Virus record (IMG/VR): IMGVR_UViG_3300025835_000022
Coordinates: 1 to 31,790 of that record
Length of the DNA stretch: 31,790 nucleotides
Source: a virus
Taxonomy: Duplodnaviria; Caudoviricetes
Reading direction: 5' to 3' (one strand)
Shown: positions 9,052 through 18,146 of the stretch, in pieces
Layout: each line of letters opens with the position of its first letter
How positions within the stretch are numbered: position 1 is the stretch's first letter
Program-made: the position numbers and the translations under genes
Notes under the pieces: generated by a model
Told to the model about the DNA's origin: nothing
Seen by the model: the letters and a program-made list of their open reading frames with translations, nothing else
Database searches by the model: none

Positions 9052-10356
9052 TTAACCAAAAAGGTTATTTTTTTCTTCTTTACCTCGGACGCCATAAGGA
9101 CTTGATACCATTGCTCGTTGGCCTGAACCATTTTGTGGTAACCCACTTAACTCCTGTCTTACCAAATCCGTAGGATTGTAGTTACTTAACTTGCCACTGG
9201 CAATTTTATAATCATCAAGTTGTGCGGTTCTGGACAGCGCCCATTGCTGAATACCCTGATTCCAAGAAACAACTTGTTGATCAAGTTGAGCTAGTCTTTG
9301 CTGTGCCATACCAAACACCTCAGTATTTAGAGCTTGTAGAGCTTGAGCTTTATCCATTTGACCTTGTGATACCAACGATTGTAGTTGATCTTTCTTTTGT
9401 CTGATATAATCTCCTACTTTTAGCATTTCATTATTTTTCCACTCTGTTAATTTATTAATTTCGTTAGAGGCCGTATTTATTACCTCATTCTTTCTTAAAT
9501 CAATATCTGCATACTGTTGATTGGATTGTTTTTGTACCCCTGCTCTCTCCCTATTAGCTTGTTTAGTTAGCGCAAAAGATAACATTCCACCGGCTGAAGA
9601 TGAACCTGCCCCTATTCCTCCAAGATAAGTATTACCAGCTAAAAAGGCATTTCTTAAATTACTTTCTAAATCACGAAGTGTTGATAATTTATTACCTGTA
9701 ACTCTTTGTCCAGCACTATCAAGTTGTCCTGTTGACCTATCCCTTTCAGTATTGATTGTTCCCTGAGTAGAGTTAAAAAGATTACCAACTTGAGATTCAT
9801 TTGACTGTTGCTCTTGTGGTAGTCCTCCAATTCTTCTGTCTAAATCTGAAAAATATGAATCAAATTGAGAATTAATAAGACCTGTTTGTTGTTCTCTATA
9901 AGCATTTTGTTTAGCTTCATAGTCGGAATAAGAAGAATATCCTCCATTTGACGGATATCTTTGTTCCCAACCATTACCATTCCATCTATAGTTACCATCT
10001 GCTGATATATCCCCTACATTTGGCTGAGAACCACCATTACTACGTACATCATTATTTTGAGGAGGAGGAGGAGGAGGAGGAGATGTTTGTTGCAATAGTT
10101 GTTGCTGTTGCCAAACAGGATCTACTTTTGGGAGAGAGGTAGGATTTTGTACAAATTGTTGTGTAGAAACATCATAATTTCCCGGTACAGGAGACCTAAA
10201 ATATCCACCAGTTAAACCAGCGGCAGAAGAAAGAGGATTAACTTGAGTTGTAGGTTGCGTTTGTATGGTTGTTCCTTTTAATTTTTCTGACCAATTAAGT
10301 TCAGGAGCACCCAACCATTCACCAGTATTTGCTAACCATTGTCCAGCATCTACCAT
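9052..10356 (-). CDS. Probable internal virion / ejection protein
   Basis: 434 aa, Q/N/G/S-rich with coiled-coil character and a Gly/Ala-rich hydrophobic patch (YLGGIGAGSSSAGGMLSF); directly precedes the large virion protein. Confidence 0.55.
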   Translation of the reverse strand: MVDAGQWLANTGEWLGAPELNWSEKLKGTTIQTQPTTQVNPLSSAAGLTGGYFRSPVPGNYDVSTQQFVQNPTSLPKVDPVWQQQQLLQQTSPPPPPPPQNNDVRSNGGSQPNVGDISADGNYRWNGNGWEQRYPSNGGYSSYSDYEAKQNAYREQQTGLINSQFDSYFSDLDRRIGGLPQEQQSNESQVGNLFNSTQGTINTERDRSTGQLDSAGQRVTGNKLSTLRDLESNLRNAFLAGNTYLGGIGAGSSSAGGMLSFALTKQANRERAGVQKQSNQQYADIDLRKNEVINTASNEINKLTEWKNNEMLKVGDYIRQKKDQLQSLVSQGQMDKAQALQALNTEVFGMAQQRLAQLDQQVVSWNQGIQQWALSRTAQLDDYKIASGKLSNYNPTDLVRQELSGLPQNGSGQRAMVSSPYGVRGKEEKNNLFG

Positions 10357-10385
10357 ATTATTAAAAAATAAACTAATAATTAAAA

Positions 10386-10538
10386 CTAAACTTGTAAACT
10401 TTTAATAGTGTTATACATTTCAATCGCCATAATCTCTAAATTAGCCAATTCTCTATCTTTTTTTGTTAGACGTCGTAATTTATTTTTTACAAAAAGCGAC
10501 GTCTCCTTCTTTTTTAGCTTGTTAGTATCTACTTTCAT
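10386..10538 (-). CDS. Small basic hypothetical protein, 50 aa (not in ORF track)
   Basis: Translated by hand: MKVDTNKLKKKETSLFVKNKLRRLTKKDRELANLEIMAIEMYNTIKSLQV*; same strand as neighbours. Confidence 0.55.
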   Translation of the reverse strand: MKVDTNKLKKKETSLFVKNKLRRLTKKDRELANLEIMAIEMYNTIKSLQV

Positions 10539-10809
10539 ATTTTCTGTTTAACATTTAACGACGTCTATATATATCCCGACCCCTACCCCTGACACCTATT
10601 CTAACCCCACCCTCTATCTCCAATCTATTCTCCGCATTCACCTCTCTATCTCCCCCCTGTACGGTTTCTACTTAGTACAGAGTAAGTGTAGTTAGATGCG
10701 TTTGAATGAGTTGTCAATAGGCTCTTGTGAACTTCTTATTATCGGCAAACCTACTTTCGTAGGAAATATGGGACGAGCACCCTGCCTCCCTAAACTAATA
10801 ATAATTTTT

Positions 10810-10998
10810 TCATTTCAATTTAAACTCATGTTTTGCCATTGCCTCGAGCTTCATAATATCCCCTATTAGTCGCCTTGCCATATCTGCAGGTAATATATAC
10901 GCTTTCTCAAGTCCCCGGACAAGCCTTGTTAATCTGGCAACCGCAAATTCTCTTATCTGAACCTCGGTCAAAGGTTTCCTATCATTTTTTACATCCAT
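10810..10998 (-). CDS. Hypothetical protein, 62 aa (start revised to MDVKNDRK)
   Basis: The track's ATG at 11037 lies inside a terminator hairpin. The ATG at 10998 has an A-rich leader like the other genes. Confidence 0.6.
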   Translation of the reverse strand: MDVKNDRKPLTEVQIREFAVARLTRLVRGLEKAYILPADMARRLIGDIMKLEAMAKHEFKLK

Positions 10999-11020
10999 AT
11001 CTTTTTTATCAATTTTTAAC

Positions 11021-11066
11021 AAAAAAAACCGCCCCATATCTCAAATCACTTGAAATATTAGGCGGT
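11021..11066 (-). terminator. Intrinsic terminator in the leader of the small-ORF/ejection module
   Basis: Minus strand ACCGCCT-AATATTTCAAG-TGA-TTTGAGATAT-GGGGCGG followed by T8. Confidence 0.8.
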
Positions 11067-11095
11067 CTCGTGAAAACACAGTTTCCGTCAATAAA

Positions 11096-11124
11096 ATAGT
11101 AGCACTCTATTTTTTGCTTGTCAA
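11096..11124 (-). promoter_or_regulatory. Sigma70-type promoter
   Basis: TTGACA (11124-11119), 17-nt spacer, TACTAT (11101-11096). The 17-mer AAAATGCTATTGACAAG is identical to the one at the portal promoter. Confidence 0.7.
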
Positions 11125-11135
11125 TAGCATTTTAT

Positions 11136-11654
11136 TTATATAAGATATTTTTCAACTGTTTTCATTAGGATCTCTTCAATTTCAGCACTTGTTTTACCTT
11201 GTCTTAATTTCTTAATTGTTTTATCAAAGTCTATTTCTTTAACATTACGAAGTGATTTATAAGCATTAACAAAACCTTTGATACGGTCGTATACCGCCTC
11301 TTTATCAGTATCCTCATCAATATCTAATTCCTTTTTAAGTTGGTCTAATACTTTGTTATAACTTCTGGTCGTTGGCTCATAACCTTCAACTTTTATCCTT
11401 TTTTTTATAAACTCATCAATTCCATTGTACCCTTCAATAATATCTGTTGGTAAAAAATCTTTACGTTCCCCAACATCAAACAAATCAAGAATATAGTCAG
11501 TTTTATTTTGGCGTTCCCATATTTCAAGAGGCATTGTGTCATCATCAATTATGGTTGAAGTTTTATCTTCGGGTTTAATATCTACTGTTTTTGCTTTTGG
11601 TATATCAACTGCTTTAGTTACTTCGGTTTTTGATCCAACAATATTATCTATCAT
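11136..11654 (-). CDS. Hypothetical protein, 172 aa
   Basis: ATGA-coupled to the last glycosyltransferase gene; charged and helical; no recognised motif. Confidence 0.7.
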   Translation of the reverse strand: MIDNIVGSKTEVTKAVDIPKAKTVDIKPEDKTSTIIDDDTMPLEIWERQNKTDYILDLFDVGERKDFLPTDIIEGYNGIDEFIKKRIKVEGYEPTTRSYNKVLDQLKKELDIDEDTDKEAVYDRIKGFVNAYKSLRNVKEIDFDKTIKKLRQGKTSAEIEEILMKTVEKYLI

Positions 11655-12616
11655 AGTTTTGAGTATACATCAATCCATTCTTTATAATGATTTTCCAAGT
11701 TAAAATTATCCTTAACGTATTTATAATTACTTTTTCCTATCTTTACCCTAAAATCCTTATTTTCTATCAGTTTGGATAATTTAATTATCCAGTCTATCGA
11801 ACTTTCTGCGGTCAGTAAACTGTAATTATTATAAACTATCTTAGAACAGACCGAAGGAATTTTAAGTAAAGAATATTCTAAAAATTTAATATTCGATTTA
11901 CTTCGGTTAAAATCATTATCTGTTAATGGAGCTATCCCTATATCAAGTGCCATTGAAGATAACCTCATAGGGTAAGCTTCAAATGATGTTGGTTCATACA
12001 CTTCAAGACGGGATTGATGTTTAATATAATTTTTAAACCTGAAGTCCCCACATACCACAAACTTAACCTGCGGGTATTTATCCATTATCTTATTCATTAT
12101 CGGACAAATAAACTTAATATCTTCAAAGTGAGAGCTTGACCCTGTCCAACCAATTCTAATATCATCGGTATTGTTATCTATTTTCGAAACACCAAACCAT
12201 TTAGGGTGATAGTAATTAGGAAGAATAAGAGTATTGCTATTTAGCCTTTTCAACTTATCGGCTAAATATTCATTAGTTGTTGTAACGGCATTAGCTTGTC
12301 TTATAGTTTTAGATATTATTTTATTAGCATCAAGTACTTTATGTTGTTTATAGTAAGGATTAGTTTTACCAACACTTAAATTATCATCAACATCAACAAC
12401 AACTTTTTTACCCATCTTAAAAATCATATCTAACCCTTTTTTATCAACTATGTTATGAAGTACAACAATATCGGCGTTTGTTACTTCCTCTTCATTAATC
12501 CCTTTTAAAGATACAAAAGCAGACCAGTGAGGATTGTACCTTATATATTCAAAAGGAAATATCAATCTCCAATAAATAGCTCCTGAGGTGTCACTATACG
12601 CAATTACTTTTTTCAT
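11651..12616 (-). CDS. GT-B fold glycosyltransferase (GT4-like)
   Basis: Motifs VVVDVDD, RIGWTGSSSH.ED and LDIGIAPL.DN.FNRSKSNIKFLEYS, typical of phage GT4-like enzymes. Confidence 0.85.
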   Translation of the reverse strand: MKKVIAYSDTSGAIYWRLIFPFEYIRYNPHWSAFVSLKGINEEEVTNADIVVLHNIVDKKGLDMIFKMGKKVVVDVDDNLSVGKTNPYYKQHKVLDANKIISKTIRQANAVTTTNEYLADKLKRLNSNTLILPNYYHPKWFGVSKIDNNTDDIRIGWTGSSSHFEDIKFICPIMNKIMDKYPQVKFVVCGDFRFKNYIKHQSRLEVYEPTSFEAYPMRLSSMALDIGIAPLTDNDFNRSKSNIKFLEYSLLKIPSVCSKIVYNNYSLLTAESSIDWIIKLSKLIENKDFRVKIGKSNYKYVKDNFNLENHYKEWIDVYSKL

Positions 12617-14013
12617 TTTATACTTAACATTTCGGACACAAATTTAAAAGTAGCATCCGTTGGTATTTTAGTTAAGTTAATAATATTATCAATAATATTA
12701 TTTTCCGAAGGTCCACTTACATGCCCGTGAAGTTTCCATTTATACTCATCGGTAAATAACCAAAACTTCTCATCAATCGAATGATTATATTCATAGTACT
12801 TCTTTGTTCGAGGGGATTTTGGCTGGTTACGGTCAACTGCTAAAAACCATCCTTTTTTATCAAGATATTTAACCAAACTTTTATTGTATAACCAAAATGG
12901 AGCTTTAAAGCCTTTGACATAGGGAATACCATACTTTTTAAATACATCATCAATCGCTCTAAATATAATCGGGTAGTCCTCTTCTTTTACATTTTCAAAC
13001 TCCCTATGTTTATGGGTCAGTCCATGAGGAATTATCTCAATCCAGTCAAGGTTAGCCTTTATCTGTTTTAATATCTCATCACGTTGAAAGTCTGTAAAAG
13101 ACGGATAGTATTGATAATCAAATGGTATCATAAACATTGACACCTTTAGATTAGGTAAAAGCTTCTTGAGTTTAAACAAGTAAAATAGATTATTATTTTC
13201 AAGTGAAAAATCATCAAAATCTAATACAACCGTCTTTGGTCGTTTTACTTCCTGCTGGGTAATTTTTATAAATTCATCAACCTGTGTGTCACCCTTACTT
13301 ATTCTTTTCTTAATATTATCAATAGTCATTGTTTCAAAATCATCAGCAAGAGCATCAACTCTTTTATCTCCTAAAAATATAACTGGACACCCGCAATATA
13401 AGGCTTCTTCATGTAAGGCGCTACCTACAAATAAATAAAGCCGTTCAGCTTTACGAAGCATGTCGGCAAGTTCTTTTTTAGTCTTAGGAAATAAGTCTTT
13501 ACCTGTTTTTATCTCAATACCTTTGTCCTTGATAAACTTTGGTATTCTAACATTCCTATTAATTGCTTTCCCAACATAATAGATTATCCCTTTTCGTTTT
13601 TCTTTTCCTTTATAGAATATCGTTTCATCTATCTCTCTTAAATGTAAGACAGGAGACTTTTTATCAAATGCCCGATGGTATGTAAAAGTAAATTCCCCAT
13701 TATCAGGCAGTTTATAAAAATCCCATTTCATTATTTCCCAGTAAAACTCTGGCTTATTCATAAACCACCTAACTACACGTGTAGCACCGCATGGATTACC
13801 AAGTACTGTATCAGGATAGACCACTATCCAATCAGTTCTTTTTTGTACTTCCTCATCAGTTATTGAGGGGTTTATCCATTTAGGATTGCCAATCTTTGCA
13901 GTAATATAGGCAGTTTGTCCTTTTTTATTAAGACGATGGCATAGATCAAAAAGTGTTATGTTTCCAACTGATGTATCATCAAAATTTGGACAAACTATTA
14001 AATAAGGTCTCAT
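12613..14013 (-). CDS. Two-domain protein: N-terminal glycosyltransferase-like domain plus C-terminal NodB/polysaccharide-deacetylase-like domain
   Basis: N-terminal half has IVVYPD...NP...VVRW, YYVGK and EALYCGCPV. C-terminal half has VVLDFDD, HGLTH, GFKAPFW and LHGH (NodB-type metal-binding motifs). Confidence 0.7.
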   Translation of the reverse strand: MRPYLIVCPNFDDTSVGNITLFDLCHRLNKKGQTAYITAKIGNPKWINPSITDEEVQKRTDWIVVYPDTVLGNPCGATRVVRWFMNKPEFYWEIMKWDFYKLPDNGEFTFTYHRAFDKKSPVLHLREIDETIFYKGKEKRKGIIYYVGKAINRNVRIPKFIKDKGIEIKTGKDLFPKTKKELADMLRKAERLYLFVGSALHEEALYCGCPVIFLGDKRVDALADDFETMTIDNIKKRISKGDTQVDEFIKITQQEVKRPKTVVLDFDDFSLENNNLFYLFKLKKLLPNLKVSMFMIPFDYQYYPSFTDFQRDEILKQIKANLDWIEIIPHGLTHKHREFENVKEEDYPIIFRAIDDVFKKYGIPYVKGFKAPFWLYNKSLVKYLDKKGWFLAVDRNQPKSPRTKKYYEYNHSIDEKFWLFTDEYKWKLHGHVSGPSENNIIDNIINLTKIPTDATFKFVSEMLSIK

Positions 14014-14135
14014 AAAAATACATTATAAATATAACAAAAACAAAATAAAAATAAGACTAGGTAAAAAGGATAAACTGAATATATCATTATCAATATAAAT
14101 AATACAAATAATATAAATAATTCTTTATTACTCAT
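14010..14135 (-). CDS. Very hydrophobic 41-aa membrane peptide (not in ORF track)
   Basis: MSNKELFILFVLFILIMIYSVYPFYLVLFLFCFCYIYNVFL*; ATGA overlaps with both flanking genes and fills the gap exactly. Confidence 0.65.
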   Translation of the reverse strand: MSNKELFILFVLFILIMIYSVYPFYLVLFLFCFCYIYNVFL

Positions 14136-14791
14136 TTAAATAATATTGAGCTTGCTATATCCCTGTTAATATAATGCTGTTCTGTCTTACATTGTCCTAC
14201 TCCCCCGTCTTGTAAATCTATTACTTCCGCCTCATACGACGGTATAACTAAATTATTCCCACGATTGGAAACACTTAAAATAATATCATCAATATTTTCT
14301 TTTGGCAGGTCTTTATTATCTTCTCTAACTATAAAAACCTCCGATAGTATATGTTTAGGAACAAAATAAAGTCTTGTTAAAATATCAGAGTTGACTGGTT
14401 GATTAGTCGCCTTTACATACTTTCCATTAAAATATGGCCTTTCTCCCTCAACAAGTTTTGTCCCCTCATATCCTAAAGTATGTCCGGGATATTTTTTAGC
14501 ATATAATATAAAATTACTTAATGTATCTTTTGTAACAGTCATATCATCATCTATAAAAAAGAAGTAGTCGGTATCAATGGTTAGCGCTAAAGCATATCTT
14601 GTAATTACTGGAAAATTACTGTCAGCGTTAATCGAGGTAACCCCCTCACTAAAATAATTAACCGTTGAATTATCATTAAAAACAATTATCTTATCCGGAG
14701 GAACTGTAGATTTTTTCAAGTCTTCAACTATACGGTCAATGTTTCCAACTCTCTCTTGATAATGACAAAGAATAATAGCTGTTACTGTCAT
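14132..14791 (-). CDS. GT-A fold glycosyltransferase (GT2-like)
   Basis: VTAIILCH..R, IIVFND, YFFFIDDD (DxD) and IDDI motifs. Confidence 0.8.
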   Translation of the reverse strand: MTVTAIILCHYQERVGNIDRIVEDLKKSTVPPDKIIVFNDNSTVNYFSEGVTSINADSNFPVITRYALALTIDTDYFFFIDDDMTVTKDTLSNFILYAKKYPGHTLGYEGTKLVEGERPYFNGKYVKATNQPVNSDILTRLYFVPKHILSEVFIVREDNKDLPKENIDDIILSVSNRGNNLVIPSYEAEVIDLQDGGVGQCKTEQHYINRDIASSILFK

Positions 14792-16242
14792 AATGGTTTT
14801 GTAATTTTTTCTTTTTCCCGCTTATTAAAATATTCTTTATATCTTTTATGTTGGACTTCCGTACCCTCTATATGCTCAACCTTTAAATCTTCAATATAAA
14901 GCTGTTGATAGCCATTGCGGGTTAACCATTGAGATAGTTCTAAATCTTGAAGACCGTGAAGAGGTGAATCCTCCGTCCATCTAAAAGTTTTATAAATTGA
15001 AGCTGGGGCTATATGACATAAACCACCAATATGTGAAACCACTCCTATTAAATGATTGTTAAATTTACCATAAGCTAAACGGGGAGAACCACCGGGATTA
15101 TCACGTAACCCCTCAGGGTAAGGTGACATTGCCACCATATGATTGCGTTTATATAGTTCAACTACTGATTTTAGCCAATTATTAGAAAGCGATAAACAAT
15201 CATTGTCATATTTGATTACAATATCATATTTATAAGCTTCAAAATCTTGTTCAACAGTTGTAAACGGAAGTTTTGAATTACACCCTTTAATTATACGGAC
15301 AAGTGCTTGATTTGAGGCTATACTTATCCCTTTATTTTTTTTGTTATATATTTTTATATACCTATTATTTTCTTTTAACCATTTTTCTGTCCCATCAGTT
15401 GACCCATTATCAACAACATAGTGATCATACTTATAACCTGCTTTTTTTTCTAACGACTTAAAACATTTCTTTGTATAAAATAACCTATCCTTAGTTAGAC
15501 TAAATACCGCCACTTTTATTTCATGTGGCGTGTGAAGATAAGGTAAATCTATTTCAACGTCATAAGAACTCCACGCTGGGACCATAAAGGCTTTTTCATC
15601 TTCTTTTCTTTGAGACTTCATTCCTTTGTGTAAAAAATAGTGTGTAATTATTTTTGGCACTCGTAAAAAATGTTTTCCAGCTTTTGCCATTCTTACCCAT
15701 AAGTTCCAATCAACATACTTTCTATACCTTTCGTCCCACCCTCCAACACTAAACAAAGCCTCACGTTTAATCAGAACGTCTGAAGTATCTATATAATTAC
15801 GCTGTAAAAGTAAAAAAGGATTAAAGTTTGAATATACTCCTACCTGTGACGGTATTTTTCCCTCACTATCTATTATTAATCTATCCCCATAAACTAAATC
15901 TATATTTTTATTCTGTTCAATCGTTTTATATAAAGTTTGTAAATGGTCTTTAAGATATTGACAGTCGTCATCTAAGTAGGCTATATACTGTCCCTTTGCT
16001 TGCTTTGTTGCCTCGTTTTTAGGAAAGGTGTCACAGCCATAATTCTTATCAGCATAGATATAGATAATTCTTTTATCTTGTATTGTGTTTATCCAGTCTT
16101 GTGTCCCGTCTGTTGAATGGTCATCATAAATAATTATTTCAAAATCTTTAAATGATTGTACGAGGACTGACTTAACTGCTTTTTTTAAGAAAGATAATCT
16201 GTTAAATGTAGTAATAATGACGCTTATAATCGGTTTTTTCAT
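14788..16242 (-). CDS. Glycosyltransferase with two GT2 domains
   Basis: ISVIITTFNR, IIYDDHSTDGT and IAYLDDD; second domain with VVDNGSTDGT and KYDND. Confidence 0.9.
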   Translation of the reverse strand: MKKPIISVIITTFNRLSFLKKAVKSVLVQSFKDFEIIIYDDHSTDGTQDWINTIQDKRIIYIYADKNYGCDTFPKNEATKQAKGQYIAYLDDDCQYLKDHLQTLYKTIEQNKNIDLVYGDRLIIDSEGKIPSQVGVYSNFNPFLLLQRNYIDTSDVLIKREALFSVGGWDERYRKYVDWNLWVRMAKAGKHFLRVPKIITHYFLHKGMKSQRKEDEKAFMVPAWSSYDVEIDLPYLHTPHEIKVAVFSLTKDRLFYTKKCFKSLEKKAGYKYDHYVVDNGSTDGTEKWLKENNRYIKIYNKKNKGISIASNQALVRIIKGCNSKLPFTTVEQDFEAYKYDIVIKYDNDCLSLSNNWLKSVVELYKRNHMVAMSPYPEGLRDNPGGSPRLAYGKFNNHLIGVVSHIGGLCHIAPASIYKTFRWTEDSPLHGLQDLELSQWLTRNGYQQLYIEDLKVEHIEGTEVQHKRYKEYFNKREKEKITKPL

Positions 16243-16586
16243 TGTGATTTTCTCATGTTAGATAACTCGCTTATCTTTGATCCTCTTCTTTTCCATTCAT
16301 GTTTGTACTTTTGCCATTCCCGTTTTCTTCCCTCTTCATAACTTCGGGCCTTACTAGAACCTCTTATTTCTTTATTTTTTTCATACTCTACCGCTTCAAA
16401 ATATTTAGTTTCCTCCCCTGCTTTCATTGTAGAGGGATTTATTTTATTTGTCAAGGACTGATAGGATGGTTTTTGAATAGTACCAAACATATAATTATTT
16501 GGGTGTAGATTAATTAAACATTTATGGCAGAACTGCCACTTAGCCGATTGAACATTATTACAATTTTGACATTTTATATTCTTCAT
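16239..16586 (-). CDS. Hypothetical protein with N-terminal zinc ribbon
   Basis: CQNC...CHKC; ATGA overlap with the GT2 gene. Confidence 0.65.
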   Translation of the reverse strand: MKNIKCQNCNNVQSAKWQFCHKCLINLHPNNYMFGTIQKPSYQSLTNKINPSTMKAGEETKYFEAVEYEKNKEIRGSSKARSYEEGRKREWQKYKHEWKRRGSKISELSNMRKSQ

Positions 16587-16595
16587 TTTATCTTG

Positions 16596-16630
16596 CCATC
16601 CCCCCGCTCGGGATAGGAGCGGGGAAATGG
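16596..16630 (-). other. GC-rich stem-loop after the capsid gene, without a U-tract (mRNA stabiliser or weak terminator)
   Basis: CCAT..CCCCGCTC-CTATCCC-GAGCGGGG.ATGG, followed by CAAGATAAAATG rather than poly-T. Confidence 0.65.
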
Positions 16631-16652
16631 ACTAATTAACTTTTTTAATCAA

Positions 16653-17615
16653 TTATGCTGTTGAACTAACTACGTGTTTCAAGTTAATTCCAAAAGCACT
16701 GTTCAAAACGGCTGTACCAAAGGTTGTTTTCCAACCAGCGGTTGCCACTTTGTTTGTTGGATCCGCAATTCCACCTGATCCAAAGCCATGCATAATAACC
16801 TCCAATTTTTGAAGATTAGTTACACCAAAGGCTTCTCGTCCCATAATGTTTGTAACATATATAGAACCAGATCCTGTTACTGACCCTGTTGACATAACAT
16901 ATCCATTTGAAGTTTCAAGAAAACGGACACCCATTAACTTTCCAACTTCTCCTGAGAAAATGTTTGTCGAATCAGCGTACAAGTTTGCATCAATCCAACC
17001 TCCTGTCGTGGTATCACCCTGTAAATCATACAGAGAATCTGGATGCGTTACCGCAACCCAGTATCCACCGATATCAAGAGCATCGTTTCTACTCAAAGTT
17101 CTTTTCGCTTTCCTAATTTCAGTTATTGATAAAGTACCAGTTGAAGGAATAGCGGTAATATGAGCCGCACCTGTTGCTACTTGAGAAGTTAAAGACTCCG
17201 AAATGGAATTTCTAACTAAAGTATCAATAGATTTACCAGCGTTCTCACCCAATCTTTCAACGGCCTGTTTCATCATGTCACCAAAAGAAGTATAAACCAA
17301 AAGATCAGAAATGGAAACAGCGGCGTCATATTGAGCTGTTGATCCCGTAACGTTGACCGCAGTTAAAGCAACGGCAGTCGTAGGTACACCCTCGCCCTGT
17401 CCGGCCGTAACTATATCAAGGTTCGTAAATCTTGTCCAATAAACAACACCTGTCCCGTATCCACCTTCGCCTTTTTCAACGTGTTGATCCATCTGCCCCA
17501 ACTGTTTATGTTGAAGTTTTGGAGTAGCGGTATGTAAAAATCTGTTAATATAATAACGATTTTTAATCGCCTGCGTTGTCAAAGCTGTAGTTGATTTTGC
17601 ATTATCTATAGCCAT
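16653..17615 (-). CDS. Major capsid protein (HK97 fold, N4-gp56-like family)
   Basis: 320 aa after the scaffold; motifs EGVPT, AQY...ISD, YWVAVTHPDSLYDL, GEVGKLMGVRFLET, DPTN...TAGWK. Confidence 0.9.
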   Translation of the reverse strand: MAIDNAKSTTALTTQAIKNRYYINRFLHTATPKLQHKQLGQMDQHVEKGEGGYGTGVVYWTRFTNLDIVTAGQGEGVPTTAVALTAVNVTGSTAQYDAAVSISDLLVYTSFGDMMKQAVERLGENAGKSIDTLVRNSISESLTSQVATGAAHITAIPSTGTLSITEIRKAKRTLSRNDALDIGGYWVAVTHPDSLYDLQGDTTTGGWIDANLYADSTNIFSGEVGKLMGVRFLETSNGYVMSTGSVTGSGSIYVTNIMGREAFGVTNLQKLEVIMHGFGSGGIADPTNKVATAGWKTTFGTAVLNSAFGINLKHVVSSTA

Positions 17616-17648
17616 ATGTATTTAATGTTGATTTTGGGCAAAGTGAGT

Positions 17649-18140
17649 CTATGATAGGGTAAGAAGATATTTAGAGTATTTACTTACCTGTCTTTCAGCG
17701 ATTGTTAGGTTTTTTACCTGTAAATCTTTATCAGGAATTAGGAAAATATATTGTACTTTATCTTCTAAATCTTTACAGATTATTAAAAATAAATCTACTT
17801 TTCCCTTCTGTTTTGTTAATAAAAATTTCCAAACATATGCTTTTCCTTTTACCCATTCACCATTTATATGTTTGTTTGCTATCAACTTTTTCTTCCCTGT
17901 TTTTACATCTACAAGTTTACCTTCCCACTTCAAATCGCAAGGTCTTCTTATTCTTTCAGACCCTTTAAGAATAGTAAGAGCTAACATCTCTCCTCTAAAT
18001 CCTAAACTATCTCCTCCATGAGATTTATAAACATACTTTTGAGGATGTTTTCTCCTATATTCTCTTTGATACTCCATTACATCATATCTTCTTGATCTTG
18101 CTTTTGCTTGTTCTCCCCACATTCCTGTTTTATAGGTCAT
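17649..18140 (-). CDS. PD-(D/E)xK-type nuclease, putative homing endonuclease
   Basis: GFRGE...PCDL...VDVKT catalytic pattern, then WKF...VDLFLIIC...IFLIP, resembling I-Ssp6803I-type enzymes; basic N-terminus. Confidence 0.7.
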   Translation of the reverse strand: MTYKTGMWGEQAKARSRRYDVMEYQREYRRKHPQKYVYKSHGGDSLGFRGEMLALTILKGSERIRRPCDLKWEGKLVDVKTGKKKLIANKHINGEWVKGKAYVWKFLLTKQKGKVDLFLIICKDLEDKVQYIFLIPDKDLQVKNLTIAERQVSKYSKYLLTLS

Positions 18141-18146
18141 AACCCT

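Noticed and set aside
10060-10082. (GGA)7 microsatellite
   Set aside because: Encodes a poly-Pro linker; length changes keep the frame, so it is not a phase-variation switch.
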